From Acidobacteriota bacterium (lineage in GTDB: Bacteria > Acidobacteriota > Vicinamibacteria > Vicinamibacterales > UBA8438), in the NCBI GenBank assembly GCA_011523845.1, contig WTFV01000155.1, positions 9,386 to 73,385 of the forward strand: a DNA stretch of 64,000 nucleotides, given 5' to 3'. This document shows positions 60,926 through 64,000 of the stretch, piece after piece. A model generated the notes under the pieces. The model was not told where the DNA came from. It did no database searches and saw only the letters and a list, made by a program, of their open reading frames with translations. Position 1 is the first letter of the stretch, and each line of letters opens with the position of its first letter. The position numbers and the translations under genes were made by a program.

Positions 60926-62647
60926 ATGGCTTCGATGAGAACGGGCGCGCAGATCATCTGGGAAGCGCTGGTGCGCGAGGGCGTCAGTACCGTCTTCGGC
61001 TATCCCGGCGGGGCGATTCTGCCCGCCTACGACGCGATGCTCGAGTATCCGATCCGCCACGTCCTGGTGCGCCACGAGCAGGGCGCCACGCACATGGCCG
61101 ACGGCTACGCGCGGGCGAGCGGGGAGGTCGGTGTGGCCATCGCCACCTCCGGTCCCGGCGCCACCAACATGGTGACCGGCATCGCGACGGCGATGCTCGA
61201 CTCGTCGCCGCTGCTGTGCATCACCGGACAGGTGGGCAGCAAGCTGATCGGCTCGGACGCGTTCCAGGAGACCGACGTGACCGGCGTCACGCTGCCGATC
61301 ACCAAGCACAACTACCTGGTGTCGGACGTCGACGAGATCGCGCCGGTGATTCACGAGGCGATGTACGTGGCGCGCTCCGGCCGGCCGGGGCCGGTGCTGG
61401 TCGACGTCACGAAGGACGCGCAGCAGGGCTCCACCGAGGGCGACTGGAACCCGCAGGACGTCAAGTTGCCGGGCTATCGGCCCGACCTGCGCGCGTCCGA
61501 AGCGGAGTTCCGGCGGGCCGCCGACCTGCTGAACAGCGCCAAGCGGCCGATCATCTTCGCCGGCCACGGCGTCCTGCTGTCGGGCGCCACGGCGCAGGTC
61601 CGGGAGCTGGCCGAGCGCGCCGACATCCCGATCGCCATGACCCTGCTCGGCATCGGCGGGGTGCCGGCCGAGCATCCGCTGAACATGGGCATGATGGGGA
61701 TGCACGGCGAGGCGTGGGTCAACGCCGCCATCCAGGAGGCGGACCTGCTGCTCGCCCTCGGCATGCGCTTCGACGACCGGGTCACCGGCAACGTCCGCAC
61801 CTACGCCCCGAACGCGCGCAAGATCCACATCGACATCGACCCGGCCGAGTTCAACAAGAACGTCAAGGTCGACGTGGCGCTCGCCGGCGACCTCGCGGCG
61901 GTCCTCGACGACCTCGCACCGCTGGTCGAGGCGGGCGATCGTGCCGCCTGGCTCGACAAGATCAAGGAGATGAAGGGCGACGTCGCGGTGCGCGACATCC
62001 AGAACCTGCCCGACAGCGGGCATCTCTACGCGGCGCACGTCATCAACGACATCTGGCGGATGACCGGCGGCCGGGCCATCGTGGTGACCGACGTCGGACA
62101 GCACCAGATGTGGGAGGCGCAGTACTACCACCACCGCGACCCGCGGACGTTGATCACGTCGGGCGGCCTCGGCACGATGGGGTTCGCCCTGCCCGCCGCG
62201 GTCGGCGCGAAGCTGGCGCGGCCCGACGCCGAGGTGTGGGTGGTGGCCGGCGACGGCGGGTTCCAGATGACGATGGCCGAGCTGGCGACCATCGCGCAGG
62301 AGAAGATCAAGATCAACGTCGCCATCATCAACAACGGCTATCTCGGGATGGTCCGCCAGTGGCAGGAGTTCTTCTACGAGCGGCGCTACGCGGCGACGCC
62401 GCTGCTGAGCCCCGACTTCGCGAAGCTCGCCGAGTGCTTCGGTCTCGGCGGCGCCACGGTGAAGACCCGGCAGGAAGTGGAGCCGACGGTCGAGCGGGCG
62501 CGCGCCGACGAGCGCACCGTGGTCATCGATTTCCAGGTGGAGCAGGAGGACACGGTCTATCCGATGGTGCCGGCCGGCGCCGACCTGCACAACATGATCC
62601 GGCGCCCGAGCCCGGCGCCGATCGTGGAGACCGCCGATGACGAGTAG
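60926..62647 (+). CDS. ilvB: Acetolactate synthase large subunit (biosynthetic type)
   Basis: ATG at 60926 in the frame of ORF 60785..62647. It contains GAQIIWEALVREGVSTVFGYPGGAILP and the TPP motif GLGTMGFALPAAVGA...GDGGFQM...NNGYLGMVRQWQ. Confidence 0.9.
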   Translation: MASMRTGAQIIWEALVREGVSTVFGYPGGAILPAYDAMLEYPIRHVLVRHEQGATHMADGYARASGEVGVAIATSGPGATNMVTGIATAMLDSSPLLCITGQVGSKLIGSDAFQETDVTGVTLPITKHNYLVSDVDEIAPVIHEAMYVARSGRPGPVLVDVTKDAQQGSTEGDWNPQDVKLPGYRPDLRASEAEFRRAADLLNSAKRPIIFAGHGVLLSGATAQVRELAERADIPIAMTLLGIGGVPAEHPLNMGMMGMHGEAWVNAAIQEADLLLALGMRFDDRVTGNVRTYAPNARKIHIDIDPAEFNKNVKVDVALAGDLAAVLDDLAPLVEAGDRAAWLDKIKEMKGDVAVRDIQNLPDSGHLYAAHVINDIWRMTGGRAIVVTDVGQHQMWEAQYYHHRDPRTLITSGGLGTMGFALPAAVGAKLARPDAEVWVVAGDGGFQMTMAELATIAQEKIKINVAIINNGYLGMVRQWQEFFYERRYAATPLLSPDFAKLAECFGLGGATVKTRQEVEPTVERARADERTVVIDFQVEQEDTVYPMVPAGADLHNMIRRPSPAPIVETADDE

Positions 62648-62680
62648 AACGCGGCAGCCGGCAGGGAGCGGGGAGCGGTC

Positions 62681-64000
<1,320 letters not shown>

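Overview
High-G+C bacterial chromosomal window. Long antisense ORFs show the G+C bias. The gene set suggests an Acidobacteriota- or Gemmatimonadota-like soil bacterium, but this taxonomy is a guess. Suggestive genes are an MA-peptidase/TolB/Omp85 fusion, a TPR-retropepsin protein, DUF481, DUF3810 and a very long PFOR.

Most of the window is core metabolism and envelope:
- a YpdA-type reductase and an AAA/vWA/LonN operon
- a 1567-aa pyruvate:ferredoxin oxidoreductase-like gene
- lpdA, lipA, and an orphan ferredoxin-nuoB-nuoI trio
- thioredoxin-like TlpA, DUF72, an alpha/beta hydrolase, YvcK/CofD, and a stand-alone LigD phosphoesterase
- YggX, a molybdopterin oxidoreductase, tRNA-Arg(TCT), and an MscK-like channel
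- an ATP-grasp/M20-GGT-FGase operon
- ilvD-ilvB-ilvN-ilvC

Observations worth a second look:
1. A translationally coupled symporter / radical SAM / ATP-grasp cassette. The radical SAM ORF appears to read through an in-frame UGA to give a C-U-A-E-P tail, which would make it a selenoprotein.
2. A visibly lower-G+C accessory island at about 9.2-16.7 kb. It carries a ParDE-like pair, a sacsin-like GHKL ATPase apparently split from its DUF3883 tail by a ~0.65 kb insert, a frameshifted AbiEii-like nucleotidyltransferase, and an orphan AAA ATPase.
3. At least four families of intergenic repeats: a REP-like composite, a ~155-bp MITE-like element, a 58-bp tandem in the PFOR leader, and a 43-bp tandem copy of the ilvD 3' end.
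4. A classical Ile/Val leader-peptide attenuator in front of ilvD.
5. Several pseudo-enzyme or decayed genes.

No rRNA, CRISPR array, integrase or recognisable transposase was seen. All homology statements come from motif recognition by eye, not from database searches.
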